DNA of 63,631 nt, filler included, from Octopus bimaculoides (GCF_001194135.2; 6 parts of 6 records of this genome joined end to end with filler, not necessarily neighbours in it); one strand, 5' to 3'. Shown: positions 11,341 to 25,772, numbered from the whole stretch's first letter. Notes: generated from the sequence alone by a model not told the origin. Made by a program: numbers and translations.

Positions 11341-12205
11341 NNNNNNNNNNNNNNNNNNNNNNNNNNNNNNNNNNNNNNNNNNNNNNNNNNNNNNNNNNNN
11401 NNNNNNNNNNNNNNNNNNNNNNNNNNNNNNNNNNNNNNNNNNNNNNNNNNNNNNNNNNNNNNNNNNNNNNNNNNNNNNNNNNNNNNNNNNNNNNNNNNNN
11501 NNNNNNNNNNNNNNNNNNNNNNNNNNNNNNNNNNNNNNNNNNNNNNNNNNNNNNNNNNNNNNNNNNNNNNNNNNNNNNNNNNNNNNNNNNNNNNNNNNNN
11601 NNNNNNNNNNNNNNNNNNNNNNNNNNNNNNNNNNNNNNNNNNNNNNNNNNNNNNNNNNNNNNNNNNNNNNNNNNNNNNNNNNNNNNNNNNNNNNNNNNNN
11701 NNNNNNNNNNNNNNNNNNNNNNNNNNNNNNNNNNNNNNNNNNNNNNNNNNNNNNNNNNNNNNNNNNNNNNNNNNNNNNNNNNNNNNNNNNNNNNNNNNNN
11801 NNNNNNNNNNNNNNNNNTATATGTATATATATGTATGTATATGTATGTATATGTATATATGTATATAGATATATAAATATATATGAATATATATATATAT
11901 ATTTATGTGTATATGTATACATAAATCTATGTATTTTCTCCTCCTCTTCTCTTTCAGGCAAAGTGTCCTTAAAACCTTTCGAAAAGTACCACTGACAAAC
12001 GCTGATTAAAAGGTGGGATAGTGGAATTCTGCAGGAATTCAAAGAGGCGGAAGCACCGCTGCAAATCTCTCGGTAGGGAAGCGAAAACTTAGCAAAAAAC
12101 CATTATCGTCTCCAGCTGATAAGTTTTCTTCTGTAATGAATATTTAATACAATATATAGCTTTAGATTATAAACCTGATATTATACACACACATGCACAT
12201 AAGTT

Positions 12206-12260
<55 letters not shown>

Positions 12261-12420
12261 ATACAGGCGTACACACATATGTATACATATGTACATGTTT
12301 GCATTATGGATATCTAAAAACATTTATTATCCCATATAAATATATGGAGCGCTGCTAATCTATTCCTCTATGCTTATATATATATATGTATACATATATA
12401 TGTGTGCGTGTGTATGTGTA

Positions 12421-12458
<38 letters not shown>

Positions 12459-12608
12459 TGTATGTGTGTGTGTGTACATATATATGTACGAACACGTCCA
12501 TATTCACACGCGTCTATATTCATGCATTGATATATACGTCTGTCTATATTTATGTCTATCTATCTATCCGTATATTTACAGCTGTTTTATTTTTATTCTT
12601 GTATATAC

Positions 12609-12650
<42 letters not shown>

Positions 12651-12884
12651 NNNNNNNNNNNNNNNNNNNNNNNNNNNNNNNNNNNNNNNNNNNNNNNNNN
12701 NNNNNNNNNNNNNNNNNNNNNNNNNNNNNNNNNNNNNNNNNNNNNNNNNNNNNNNNNNNNNNNNNNNNNNNNNNNNNNNNNNNNNNNNNNNNNNNNNNNN
12801 NNNNNNNNNNNNNNNNNNNNNNNNNNNNNNNNTATACATATATATATGTATATATCTACATCTTTTATCTTCTATATGCTTTCA

Positions 12885-13256
12885 TTCATTTGACCGCGGC
12901 CTTGCTGGTACACCGCTTTGAAGATGGTATTCGAACAAATCGATCCCGGGAAATTTTTATTCACGTGTGGTACCTATTCTATCGAACCGTTGGGTCGAAC
13001 TGCTAGGTTACTAGGAATAAGCAAATAATTGATAGACGTTGTCAAGCTGTGGGGAGGGGTGAGCCAACAGAAACACACACACACACACACACACACACAT
13101 CTGACGGGTTTCTTTCAGTTTACTGTATCAAATGCACTGAGAAGGCTCTGGTCGACTCAGGGCTATAGTAGGAGGAACTTGCCCCAAGTCCACACAGCGG
13201 AACTGAACCCAGAATCATGTGGTTTGCAGCAAACTCCTTAACACGCAGCGACGCCT
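12885..13256 (-). mobile_element. tRNA-derived SINE family A, full length with internal (CA)n
   Basis: The reverse complement matches the head and 3' half of the copies at 49591-50077 and 57645-57951. Confidence 0.8.
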
Positions 13257-13314
13257 ACGTCTACATATATGTATGTATGTATATGTGTATGTATGTATGT
13301 ATGTATTTATTTAG

Positions 13315-13361
<47 letters not shown>

Positions 13362-13399
13362 TGTGTGCATTTATAACATATGTAATATACGATATATAT

Positions 13400-13960
13400 G
13401 TGCTTTGATCAATAGGTATCCTGGCTGTTGCCATAGCAGCGAAAGTAATGCACGCAGAGTAAAGCCACTTGGCACTGATTGACCTTGAACTCTATTGTGC
13501 ATGCGCACTAAATTTACCGCAGTTTACAGCAGTCCTTGGAAGAAAGGTGTGTAGCGTATGATCGTCGCATTGACCATGAAAGAAAAAGTTGAGCAGAGAA
13601 TCTGCACCAAATTTTACCAAACGATTGGCGATACTGGATCAGAGGCCTACGCAAAGTTTTCAAAAAGTTTTCATTGGTCTTGACACAATCAAGATCTTGT
13701 GCAACTGAAACCCGAGTGTCTTTTTGGTCAGCTGAACGCAATTTTGCTACAAACTTGGTATACACGAGTGTCATATCCAAATCTCCTGTGATAATGGACA
13801 GAACCGAACCGTAATTACTCTGCACAACTCCTGATATCTCACGGATGTTGATTCGAATATTTTCCTTCACGGCTGAACGGTGAACAGTTTCATTCGCTGA
13901 TGCAATAAGCATGAACATCAGCTCTTGTAGATTCATTAGTCTGGTGTGTTGGTGACTGAA
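13400..13960. mobile_element. Mariner (Tc1/mariner) transposase remnant with internal inversion
   Basis: Plus strand 13576-13656 reads MKEKVEQRICTKFYQTIGDTGSEAYAK (mariner N-terminus). Minus strand ~13655-13950 reads NIREISG...SYGSV-like, TKFVAKL (WVPR-like linker) and QKDTRVSVAQDL...NENFLKT. Confidence 0.8.
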
Positions 13961-14394
13961 GAGACACAACGATGTCAAAACACCGGTCAGTGACGAGACA
14001 CAACAATGTTAAAACAGCCTTGTACTATTGGATAGAGTATTGTGAATACATAGTGGTCGTAAAGAAGTTCTTTTCCTGTGACGACATACAATAGCGATTA
14101 GCATATTCACGTTCGTACCTGTCGGGTAGCATTAAGAAGAAATTTGCAAGTCACCATACACATCAATTTTAGAGTGGAAACATACGTAAATACATTCTAA
14201 AAATATATATACCTGTATACATAGATATAAACACGTTTGGCTATATACATACACATACACACATGTGCACACTCACCTACGCCCAAACACATACATGTAT
14301 ACTTATGTACATATATGATCCATCCATCCATCCATCCATCCATCCATCCATCCATCCATCCATCCATCCTTCCATCGATTCATCCACCCATCTC

Positions 14395-14433
<39 letters not shown>

Positions 14434-15336
14434 CCTTACACACGTATATATATGTTATATATATATATATATATATATATNNNNNNNNNNNNNNNNNNNN
14501 NNNNNNNNNNNNNNNNNNNNNNNNNNNNNNNNNNNNNNNNNNNNNNNNNNNNNNNNNNNNNNNNNNNNNNNNNNNNNNNNNNNNNNNNNNNNNNNNNNNN
14601 NNNNNNNNNNNNNNNNNNNNNNNNNNNNNNNNNNNNNNNNNNNNNNNNNNNNNNNNNNNNNNNNNNNNNNNNNNNNNNNNNNNNNNNNNNNNNNNNNNNN
14701 NNNNNNNNNNNNNNNNNNNNNNNNNNNNNTATACATTCCTGATTTCTATGGTATAAAGGCGATAGCTGTATAATTATAGTAATTTTTTTAAAAAGTGATA
14801 TTTTCAGCCACTGTTAGAAAGAAAATTGAGACAAATATGAACTTTAAGAAAAAAATCAACTAATTATGAAGATAACAACAGAAACAAAACAAAGAGTAGC
14901 AGTAATTACACCAATGAGAGCAATAATAATTAACACAAAATTAAGAACAAAAAAAACAACAAAACTGATGACTATAAAACTAAATAACAACAATAACAGC
15001 GATGACAACACCATATAGAGCAATAATGATAATAATAATAAGAATGTTAATGTTAAAGAATGAAAATAATGGCGAAAGGAAAACGAAAATAATTATAATC
15101 ATTTAAAATTCTAATGAACTGTTTATCAATTATTTTAACAATATTAACACCTAATTATGGTTTCCTCTACCTACATCTCTCTCTCACTCTCTCTCTCTCT
15201 CTCTCACTCTCTATCTCTCTCTCTCACTCTCTCTCTCTCTCTCTCTTTCTCTCTCTTTCCTAACACTCTGTCTCTCTCACACTTACACACTTACAGATAT
15301 ACATAAATACATACACATGTCGATATATATGCACAA

Positions 15337-15384
<48 letters not shown>

Positions 15385-17009
15385 NNNNNNNNNNNNNNNN
15401 NNNNNNNNNNNNNNNNNNNNNNNNNNNNNNNNNNNNNNNNNNNNNNNNNNNNNNNNNNNNNNNNNNNNNNNNNNNNNNNNNNNNNNNNNNNNNNNNNNNN
15501 NNNNNNNNNNNNNNNNNNNNNNNNNNNNNNNNNNNNNNNNNNNNNNNNNNNNNNNNNNNNNNNNNNNNNNNNNNNNNNNNNNNNNNNNNNNNNNNNNNNN
15601 NNNNNNNNNNNNNNNNNNNNNNNNNNNNNNNNNNNNNNNNNNNNNNNNNNNNNNNNNNNNNNNNNNNNNNNNNNNNNNNNNNNNNNNNNNNNNNNNNNNN
15701 NNNNNNNNNNNNNNNNNNNNNNNNNNNNNNNNNNNNNNNNNNNNNNNNNNNNNNNNNNNNNNNNNNNNNNNNNNNNNNNNNNNNNNNNNNNNNNNNNNNN
15801 NNNNNNNNNNNNNNNNNNNNNNNNNNNNNNNNNNNNNNNNNNNNNNNNNNNNNNNNNNNNNNNNNNNNNNNNNNNNNNNNNNNNNNNNNNNNNNNNNNNN
15901 NNNNNNNNNNNNNNNNNNNNNNNNNNNNNNNNNNNNNNNNNNNNNNNNNNNNNNNNNNNNNNNNNNNNNNNNNNNNNNNNNNNNNNNNNNNNNNNNNNNN
16001 NNNNNNNNNNNNNNNNNNNNNNNNNNNNNNNNNNNNNNNNNNNNNNNNNNNNNNNNNNNNNNNNNNNNNNNNNNNNNNNNNNNNNNNNNNNNNNNNNNNN
16101 NNNNNNNNNNNNNNNNNNNNNNNNNNNNNNNNNNNNNNNNNNNNNNNNNNNNNNNNNNNNNNNNNNNNNNNNNNNNNNNTATGTATATATAAAAGGTGGA
16201 GTGGAACCAAATTCATTGTTTTAAGTTAATATTCATGAACAGGAAAGTTGATTAACATAGCTGTTTTCGAGTTAATTTTCTAAGTATTTATGGTGTAGCG
16301 TATGAGAAACGGGTGATGGCAAGAGGATGATGGTGAGAAATGGAACGAAGTTTATAGGGTGATGAGAGCAATGTGATGGAACCCGACGTGGTGTTAGCAG
16401 AAGCTGAACATATTGGATAACGGTGACCGACGGTGGTTGGTTGGTTGGCTGGTTGGTTGGGCTATAGTTGTCTCTGAGCTGATAAGTGTGAAATGAGGGT
16501 GCGGTTGAAATTATTGGTCGGAGGTGATTTGTAATCAACTTACAGCAATTCTTTTATTTTTGCTACACGCTACGTCACACTTATTCATGACGTCTCACCA
16601 TCTTCTCGTTTTGGCCGCCATGTTATTTCTAATAACATGTATGTACGCACAGAAATCATACAAGCGTACATGCATATATATGCACACATACATACATATA
16701 TACATACATACATACAAAACATATATATATATATATANNNNNNNNNNNNNNNNNNNNNNNNNNNNNNNNNNNNNNNNNNNNNNNNNNNNNNNNNNNNNNN
16801 NNNNNNNNNNNNNNNNNNNNNNNNNNNNNNNNNNNNNNNNNNNNNNNNNNNNNNNNNNNNNNNNNNNNNNNNNNNNNNNNNNNNNNNNNNNNNNNNNNNN
16901 NNNNNNNNNNNNNNNNNNNNNNNNNNNNNNNNNNNNNNNNNNNNNNNNNNNNNNNNNNNNNNNNNNNNNNNNNNNNNNNNNNNNNNNNNNNNNNNNNNNN
17001 NNNNNNNNN

Positions 17010-17044
<35 letters not shown>

Positions 17045-17809
17045 ATATACATACACACACATCAAATCATTGATTGATTGATGGACTGAGTGGTTGATTT
17101 GGTTTATTGGTGAAATTTCCTTTTTATAAACGGTAAAAGTAGTCAATGCATAACATACAGTGTATATTTCATTAAAAAGTGAAATCTCGGGAATCAGAAC
17201 AACGTAACACTCAGTTTCACAATAGCAATTATGAAGAAAAATGAAATGTAGAAGTAGCGTGACAATATGTAGAAAAAAATATTCATCTATCGAAATACGA
17301 ATTGGCAAAATTACATACCTACTTGTATAGTTGGCCACCAACCAAAACGGAAAGAGTTTAGAAAGATGTAAATTATTATTTAATTCGCAATGCACTTAGT
17401 ATTTAATCTGTTGACGAGACGAAACACGTCATATAGTTATGTTTTCGGTATCATGTGTGTAAAACACACATACGTACAAGAGGTCACATTGTTAATGACG
17501 TTTTAATGTTACATATTGTTTCGCCGCACCCATAATTCAATAGTTCAATTGTCTGATGACCCATAAATATGGAATATAGTGTTACTATTCAAGAAAATCT
17601 AATGAGAGACAGAGAGAGAAAGATATATATATATATAGAGAGAGAGAAAGATATATATATATATATAGAGAGAGAGAGAAAGATATATAAATAGAGAGAG
17701 AGAGAGAGAAAGAGAGAGATATAGATAGAAAGAGGGAGAACGACTGACAGATACACACACATAAACACATAAACACGAACTAATTATATTATATTAATTA
17801 CCGATAATT

Positions 17810-18133
17810 AACTGGCACTTCGCCGGTTCCGACGATGAGGATTCCAATTTATACGATCAACGGAACAGCCTGCTTGTGAAATTAACGTGCAAGTGGCAGA
17901 GTACTCCACAGCTATGTGTCCCCTTAACGTAGTTCTGAGGGAGATTCAGCGTGACACAGAGTGTGACAAGGCTGGCCCTTTGAAATACAGGTACTACTCA
18001 TTTTTGCCAGCTGAGTGAATTGAAATAACGTGAAATAAAGTGTTTTGCTCAGGGACATCATATGCCGCCAGGAATCGAACTCAAGGCCTTATGATCGTGA
18101 TACGAATAGTCTAATCATTAAGCTACGCACCTC
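17810..18133 (-). mobile_element. tRNA-derived SINE family B (CORE/Meta-like central domain)
   Basis: Minus strand has tagcttaatgattag (A box) and gagttcgattcc (B box), then ctgagcaaaacactttatttcacg, shared with the 30086, 32965 and 39150 copies. Confidence 0.8.
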
Positions 18134-18853
18134 AGCCAAACCATCGCGAATGCGTATATGGGAAGCAGCATACTCCAGTACTACATCATTCACAGAATAA
18201 TACTGCAAAGGTTTAGCACAATTGATGACACATNNNNNNNNNNNNNNNNNNNNNNNNNNNNNNNNNNNNNNNNNNNNNNNNNNNNNNNNNNNNNNNNNNN
18301 NNNNNNNNNNNNNNNNNNNNNNNNNNNNNNNNNNNNNNNNNNNNNNNNNNNNNNNNNNNNNNNNNNNNNNNNNNNNNNNNNNNNNNNNNNNNNNNNNNNN
18401 NNNNNNNNNNNNNNNNNNNNNNNNNNNNNNNNNNNNNNNNNNNNNNNNNNNNNNNNNNNNNNNNNNNNNNNNNNNNNNNNNNNNNNNNNNNNNNNNNNNN
18501 NNNNNNNNNNNNNNNNNNNNNNNNNNNNNNNNNNNNNNNNNNNNNNNNNNNNNNNNNNNNNNNNNNNNNNNNNNNNNNNNNNNNNNNNNNNNNNNNNNNN
18601 NNNNNNNNNNNNNNNNNNNNNNNNNNNNNNNNNNNNNNNNNNNNNNNNNNNNNNNNNNNNNNNNNNNNNNNNNNNNNNNNNNNNNNNNNNNNNNNNNNNN
18701 NNNNNNNNNNNNNNNNNNNNNNNNNNNNNNNNNNNNNNNNNNNNNNNNNNNNNNNNNNNNNNNNNNNNNNNNNNNNNNNNNNNNNNNNNNNNNNNNNNNN
18801 NNNNNNNNNNNNNNNNNNNNNNNNNNNNNNNNNNNNNNNNNNNNNNNNNNNNN

Positions 18854-18884
<31 letters not shown>

Positions 18885-19059
18885 CGGCAAATGTCTATCT
18901 CACTCTTTCTGTATGTATACACAGCGCACGCGCACAAACACATGTACACACACGCGCGCACACACACATATACACACACAAGCGCACACAAATATTACAT
19001 ATGCCTCTGCGTACATTTATACGTATCTTTATATAGACACCTTGCTTAGATACATGCAT

Positions 19060-19610
19060 ATATACATACATATACATACATCTAACCCCATGCACATCTA
19101 TATACATACATATACATACATCTATCCCCATGCACATCTATATATACATACATATACATACATCTATCCCCATGCACATCTATATATACATACATATACA
19201 TACATCTATCCCCATGCACATCTATATATACATACATATACATACATCTATCCCCCTGCACATCTATATACATACATATACATACATCTATCCCCATGCA
19301 CATCTATATATACATACATATACATACATCTATCCCCATGCACATCTATATATACATACATGTACATACATCTATCCCCATGCACATCTATATATACATA
19401 CATATACATACATCTAACCCCATGCACATCTATATATACATACATATACATACATCTATCCCCATGCACATCTATATATACATCTATATACATACATCTA
19501 TCCCCATGCACATCTATATACATACATATACATACATCTATCCCCATGCACATCTATATACATATATATATACATACATCTATACTCATGCACATCTATA
19601 TACATACATT
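19060..19610. repeat. 40-42-bp minisatellite, about 13 copies
   Basis: The anchor tctatccccatgcacatc recurs at 19081, 19121, 19163, 19205, 19247, 19287, 19329, 19371, 19413, 19455, 19497, 19537 and 19579. Confidence 0.95.
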
Positions 19611-20330
19611 TACATACATACATACATCAAATTCAAGTGCAGGACAGATGTACACGTACAAAATGTTGCTATCAGCATGAACTGGGACCTACTCAGTGCC
19701 TGGAGCACTAATGAAGATAAAACTGCGCTTACTAGAGAGTTGTAAAAAAATTGCTTCAACAGTCTTCGTTCTGTGTTTTTGCTCGTTCAGAACTATTTTT
19801 TTTTTTTCCATCATAATAAACTGCCTTTTTTTTTTACCAACATATATATATATATACATATATATATCTTTCTTTTTTGCTATCGATAAGATTAAAAGCG
19901 AAAGAGATGAAATTGGTGCGCAGAGGTAGAATTAAAAGCCGTGAAAAGGTGAGTTAACGTGCCATAGCCGTTGGGTTCCGGGGAGGTGGTGCATCTTAAG
20001 CGGAGTCGAGGAGGATATGGCGAAGTCGCATTTACTGCATCAACCGTGTGGTTTATATTTAAGTTTCAGACGAGGCTATCTATATAAGTATCTCACAGTT
20101 TCGATTATAGAAGGGCTACGTTGAAATAACTTGATGAAATTTACGTCTGTACGTGTGTCTGTATGCGTGTGAATGTGTATGTGCATACATGCGTATGTAT
20201 ATATATGTATGCATGTATGTATGTATATATATATATATATATATGTTATATATATATGTATGTGTGTGTGTGTGTGTGTGTATGCATATACATGCATACA
20301 TATATTCATACCATGTGTCTGTGTATGTAC

Positions 20331-20374
<44 letters not shown>

Positions 20375-21266
20375 NNNNNNNNNNNNNNNNNNNNNNNNNN
20401 NNNNNNNNNNNNNNNNNNNNNNNNNNNNNNNNNNNNNNNNNNNNNNNNNNNNNNNNNNNNNNNNNNNNNNNNNNNNNNNNNNNNNNNNNNNNNNNNNNNN
20501 NNNNNNNNNNNNNNNNNNNNNNNNNNNNNNNNNNNNNNNNNNNNNNNNNNNNNNNNNNNNNNNNNNNNNNNNNNNNNNNNNNNNNNNNNNNNNNNNNNNN
20601 NNNNNNNNNNNNNNNNNNNNNNNNNNNNNNNNNNNNNNNNNNNNNNNNNNNNNNNNNNNNNNNNNNNNNNNNNNNNNNNNNNNNNNNNNNNNNNNNNNNN
20701 NNNNNNNNNNNNNNNNNNNNNNNNNNNNNNNNNNNNNNNNNNNNNNNNNNNNNNNNNNNNNNNNNNNNNNNNNNNNNNNNNNNNNNNNNNNNNNNNNNNN
20801 NNNNNNNNNNNNNNNNNNNNNNNNNNNNNNNNNNNNNNNNNNNNNNNNNNNNNNNNNNNNNNNNNNNNNNNNNNNNNNNNNNNNNNNNNNNNNNNNNNNN
20901 NNNNNNNNNNNNNNNNNNNNNNNNNNNNNNNNNNNNNNNNNNNNNNNNNNNNNNNNNNNNNNNNNNNNNNNNNNNNNNNNNNNNNNNNNNNNNNNNNNNN
21001 NNNNNNNNNNNNNNNNNNNNNNNNNNNNNNNNNNNNNNNNNNNNNNNNNNNNNNNNNNNNNNNNNNNNNNNNNNNNNNNNNNNNNNNNNNNNNNNNNNNN
21101 NNNNNNNNNNNNNNNNNNNNNNNNNNNNNNNNNNNNNNNNNNNNNNNNNNNNNNNNNNNNNNNNNNNNNNNNNNNNNNNNNNNNNNNNNNNNNNNNNNNN
21201 NNNNNNNNNNNNNNNNNNNNNNNNNNNNNNNNNNNNNNNNNNNNNNNNNNNNNNNNNNNNNNNNNN

Positions 21267-21299
<33 letters not shown>

Positions 21300-21316
21300 T
21301 CATATATATGTGTATA

Positions 21317-21357
<41 letters not shown>

Positions 21358-21777
21358 GTGTGCATGTATCCTTTTTTCTTCCAGCCGTGACTGCAATTGG
21401 CCTAATCTCGTACGTGACTCCTATCTACTCGTGTGTGTGTGTGTGTTTGTGTGTGTGTGAGTGTGTGTGTGTGTATGTGTTACTAGTTGTTGTAAGAAGA
21501 GTTGGCGAGTTAGTGTGCGATGTGAATTCTTATGTGGCGTAATGTGCTTGTAGGTTCGTGATGTAGTGGAGTGGCGTTCATGGCGTTTGGTGGGGCGATG
21601 AGGGCGGCGGGGGGGCGATGTTGGTACTCCCGTTTGACTTGGCTATGAAAAAAGAAAAAATATGGAAAAGAAAAAAAAAAATAGCAATTCGGATGTTCAT
21701 TTGGGGGGACTTTTGCTCCCGGTATTTTAACTAAACTGTATTAAGAGAGATATATAGACACTGATCGATATACATAC

Positions 21778-21778
<1 letters not shown>

Positions 21779-21871
<93 letters not shown>

Positions 21872-21900
21872 ACACACACACACACACACACATACACACA
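21779..21900. repeat. Long (AC)n microsatellite
   Basis: Directly visible. Confidence 0.97.
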
Positions 21901-22103
21901 CATCTATTTATATATATACATATATATTCATATACATATATGTATATATATGTATGTATATATTTATACGTATATGTATGTATATATATATTTATATTTG
22001 TATGTACACATATATATATATGTACATATATGTATGTATATATATACATGTTTATACGTATATGTATGTATATTTATCTATTTATCTATATATGTATAAT
22101 ATG

Positions 22104-22154
<51 letters not shown>

Positions 22155-22167
22155 TATATATATACAT

Positions 22168-22212
<45 letters not shown>

Positions 22213-22301
22213 GAGATAGACAGATAAATAGATCGATCGATAGATAGATAGAATGAGAGAGAGATAGACAGATAGATAGATAGAAAGAGAGAGAGAGAGA
22301 G

Positions 22302-22332
<31 letters not shown>

Positions 22333-22448
22333 TTGATAGATCGAAATATATAAATGGTAAAAATGAGGATTGCAGATTGAATGATGCAGGGACGGTCGTG
22401 TGAGAAAGTGAGAGAGCGAATAACACAACGACAAAGAAGATAAAGCGA

Positions 22449-22540
22449 AAGAAGAAGAAGAAGAAGAAGAAGAAGAAGAAGAAGAAGAAGAAGAAGAAGA
22501 AGAAGAAGAAGAAGAAGAAGAAGAAGAAGAAGAAGAAGAA
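22449..22540. repeat. (AAG)n microsatellite
   Basis: Directly visible. Confidence 0.97.
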
Positions 22541-23079
22541 GGGAATAAATTGCTAAAAAGATAAATATAAAAGCCAAAAAACTCGAATGATTGACTGTGT
22601 AACTGGAAGCAATATTACTAAACAGTCGGGTGGGCGCTAATTGCTTACAATATCGAACAATGCATTTGAGCATCTCTTGTAGGTATGTAGTGGAATGTGT
22701 TTTGGAGGCGCTTAAAATCGGCTAATCATTTTCGTGAGGTTAGAATTAAATGTACGTCTGCTTGTACTATGTATGTATGTATGTATGTATGTATGTATGT
22801 ATGTATGTGAGGATGGATGGATGGATGGACGGACGCATGCATACATGCGTATATGTATGCGTGTATTTATCTATATATGGACGAATGTGGGTGTATGTTT
22901 GTTGATCTGGATGTGAATTTGTGCTTCTGAGTTTTAGCGTGTATGTACATATACATACTGAAAGAAAGAAATATATATATATATATAGGTATTTATGCAT
23001 ATACGTCTAAAAGATAAGTACATACATGCATATACGTAAAAACATACATATACGGAAATACATACATACAAGATGTATG

Positions 23080-23134
<55 letters not shown>

Positions 23135-25284
23135 TTATTTATACTCTGCTTTTTAACTCGGTCTTTCTCGAATGTTTAACATAGTTGGTATAAATACAAC
23201 TAAAATGAGGAAAAATCGAAATTTATGCTCGTGTGTGACTATCTATGTATGTATGTATGTATGTATGTATGTATGTATGTATGTATGTATTCATGCATGT
23301 ATGTATGTACGTATGTATGCATGCATGCAGGTGAGTATGTTTGTATGTATGCTTGTATGTATGTATGTATGTATGTATGTATATATGTTTGTAAGTATAC
23401 GTATATATACATATACATGGCTGTTATCTACATCTATATACATATATATATATATATTAGAATGGTTTAATTATTTCATTCTCTTGTCTACTTGTAGTGA
23501 AACGTTTATTACTCACCGTTGTCTAATACGTTTGTTCAATGTATACATCTCTTAACTGTAAATCTATACTATACTAATTGACGCTAATATAAGTGATTTA
23601 GAATATCATGAAACCCGTGTTAGAAAGACTCATATGACATATTCTTCCATTTTCGAAACAAATTAAGAGTGATACACTAATAGTGTTTTCCGAAATACTT
23701 GAAATATAACCTAATTACCATCATCTTTTTAATACGTAAACCGTAAAACTATCATACTCCACTACTCTTAATTTATCGTTAAGTAATCTGCGTGTAATTA
23801 TCTTATGCTTGACCTAAGCTTTAATAATTATTTTTGTAAGTGAGAATTTGCCTTTTGAAATAAATATATGTCACAAATATATTTTAACTAACCTAAAGTT
23901 CGTTTATTCCTACTCATTATTTGTCCCTGATATTGGGAGCATTGGGCAAATAACGCAACTCAGTCTGTGATATTAACTGTTTTTGTATTTTTATCTGCCT
24001 ATTATTATCCTTTTTCGGTATTCTCCATTTCAGAAGGTTAGAGAGCCAGAAATGGCCGTTTGGGAATCTGATAGGAGGGAGGTTGGAGCAGATATGGTAT
24101 TTTTACACCTTTTTACTACAAGAAAGAAGTTTGTCTCCATAGTAACTGCAGTGGATTAGCCTTTAGAAGTTAAAATGCGTCACAAACGTGTTTTAACGAA
24201 CAATTGTGTTTATATCGTCGCTATTATGCGAAAGTCCCAAAACGTTGCTTTTTCAGAAAAAAAAAAGTTTCACCGTTCCATTTTTTTGTTTTTTTTTTAC
24301 ATTAACAACAGTTTCAGCTTAACAATAATACTTTGTTGGGTGAACAAAATCGTAACTCCATGCATGTATGATATTTTCAGCCAGAAATATTTTTGCAAAA
24401 TTGTCATATGTGGGACTTACTACGCTTTTGAAAAATGCTAAACCGCTGTACTACACTTTGACAATTTTCATATCTTGGCATCTGAAGCAGCTGGAGATAC
24501 GATAGTTTGACGAAAAGAACCGGCCATTGCAATCAAAATTCTAACAATTCCTGCTTTTTTTCATACAGGGACCAAAAAGCGAAGTCCCTAAGTGAGATAG
24601 CTTAACCCTTACAATCTTCACTGCAAATGAACATATTGAAATCTTTTATTGATCTATCATATTTCCTGCCTTTTATTAGTAGCGTAGACCATCATCATNN
24701 NNNNNNNNNNNNNNNNNNNNNNNNNNNNNNNNNNNNNNNNNNNNNNNNNNNNNNNNNNNNNNNNNNNNNNNNNNNNNNNNNNNNNNNNNNNNNNNNNNNN
24801 NNNNNNNNNNNNNNNNNNNNNNNNNNNNNNNNNNNNNNNNNNNNNNNNNNNNNNNNNNNNNNNNNNNNNNNNNNNNNNNNNNNNNNNNNNNNNNNNNNNN
24901 NNNNNNNNNNNNNNNNNNNNNNNNNNNNNNNNNNNNNNNNNNNNNNNNNNNNNNNNNNNNNNNNNNNNNNNNNNNNNNNNNNNNNNNNNNNNNNNNNNNN
25001 NNNNNNNNNNNNNNNNNNNNNNNNNNNNNNNNNNNNNNNNNNNNNNNNNNNNNNNNNNNNNNNNNNNNNNNNNNNNNNNNNNNNNNNNNNNNNNNNNNNN
25101 NNNNNNNNNNNNNNNNNNNNNNNNNNNNNNNNNNNNNNNNNNNNNNNNNNNNNNNNNNNNNNNNNNNNNNNNNNNNNNNNNNNNNNNNNNNNNNNNNNNN
25201 NNNNNNNNNNNNNNNNNNNNNNNNNNNNNNNNNNNNNNNNNNNNNNNNNNNNNNNNNNNNNNNNNNNNNNNNNNNNNNNNNNNN

Positions 25285-25319
<35 letters not shown>

Positions 25320-25721
25320 TATATACATATATATATGAGTGAATGCTTGTATGTATGTTTGTTTGTGCGTGTCTGTGTATGTGTGTGCTTCTGTGAGTGT
25401 GTGTGAGCATATATATATATGTGTATGTATGTATGCATGTATGTATGTGTGTAGCTTTATATACGAGGAAAAAAGCAAAAATATGCGTACGGAAACTACA
25501 GGAAGAATGGAAATTATAAAAAATAATTTGTATACATTTACCACACAAACACACACATACGCATACTCACACTCAAGCATATACACATACAGATATGTGT
25601 GTATGTATGTGTATGCATATATATATGAGGGCTGGTGTACATATGACTGTGTTTCAGTGTGTATATGTGTTTATGCATGTATTGAATATATCATGTCCGA
25701 CTCACCGTTATGCATGCGGCT

Positions 25722-25772
<51 letters not shown>

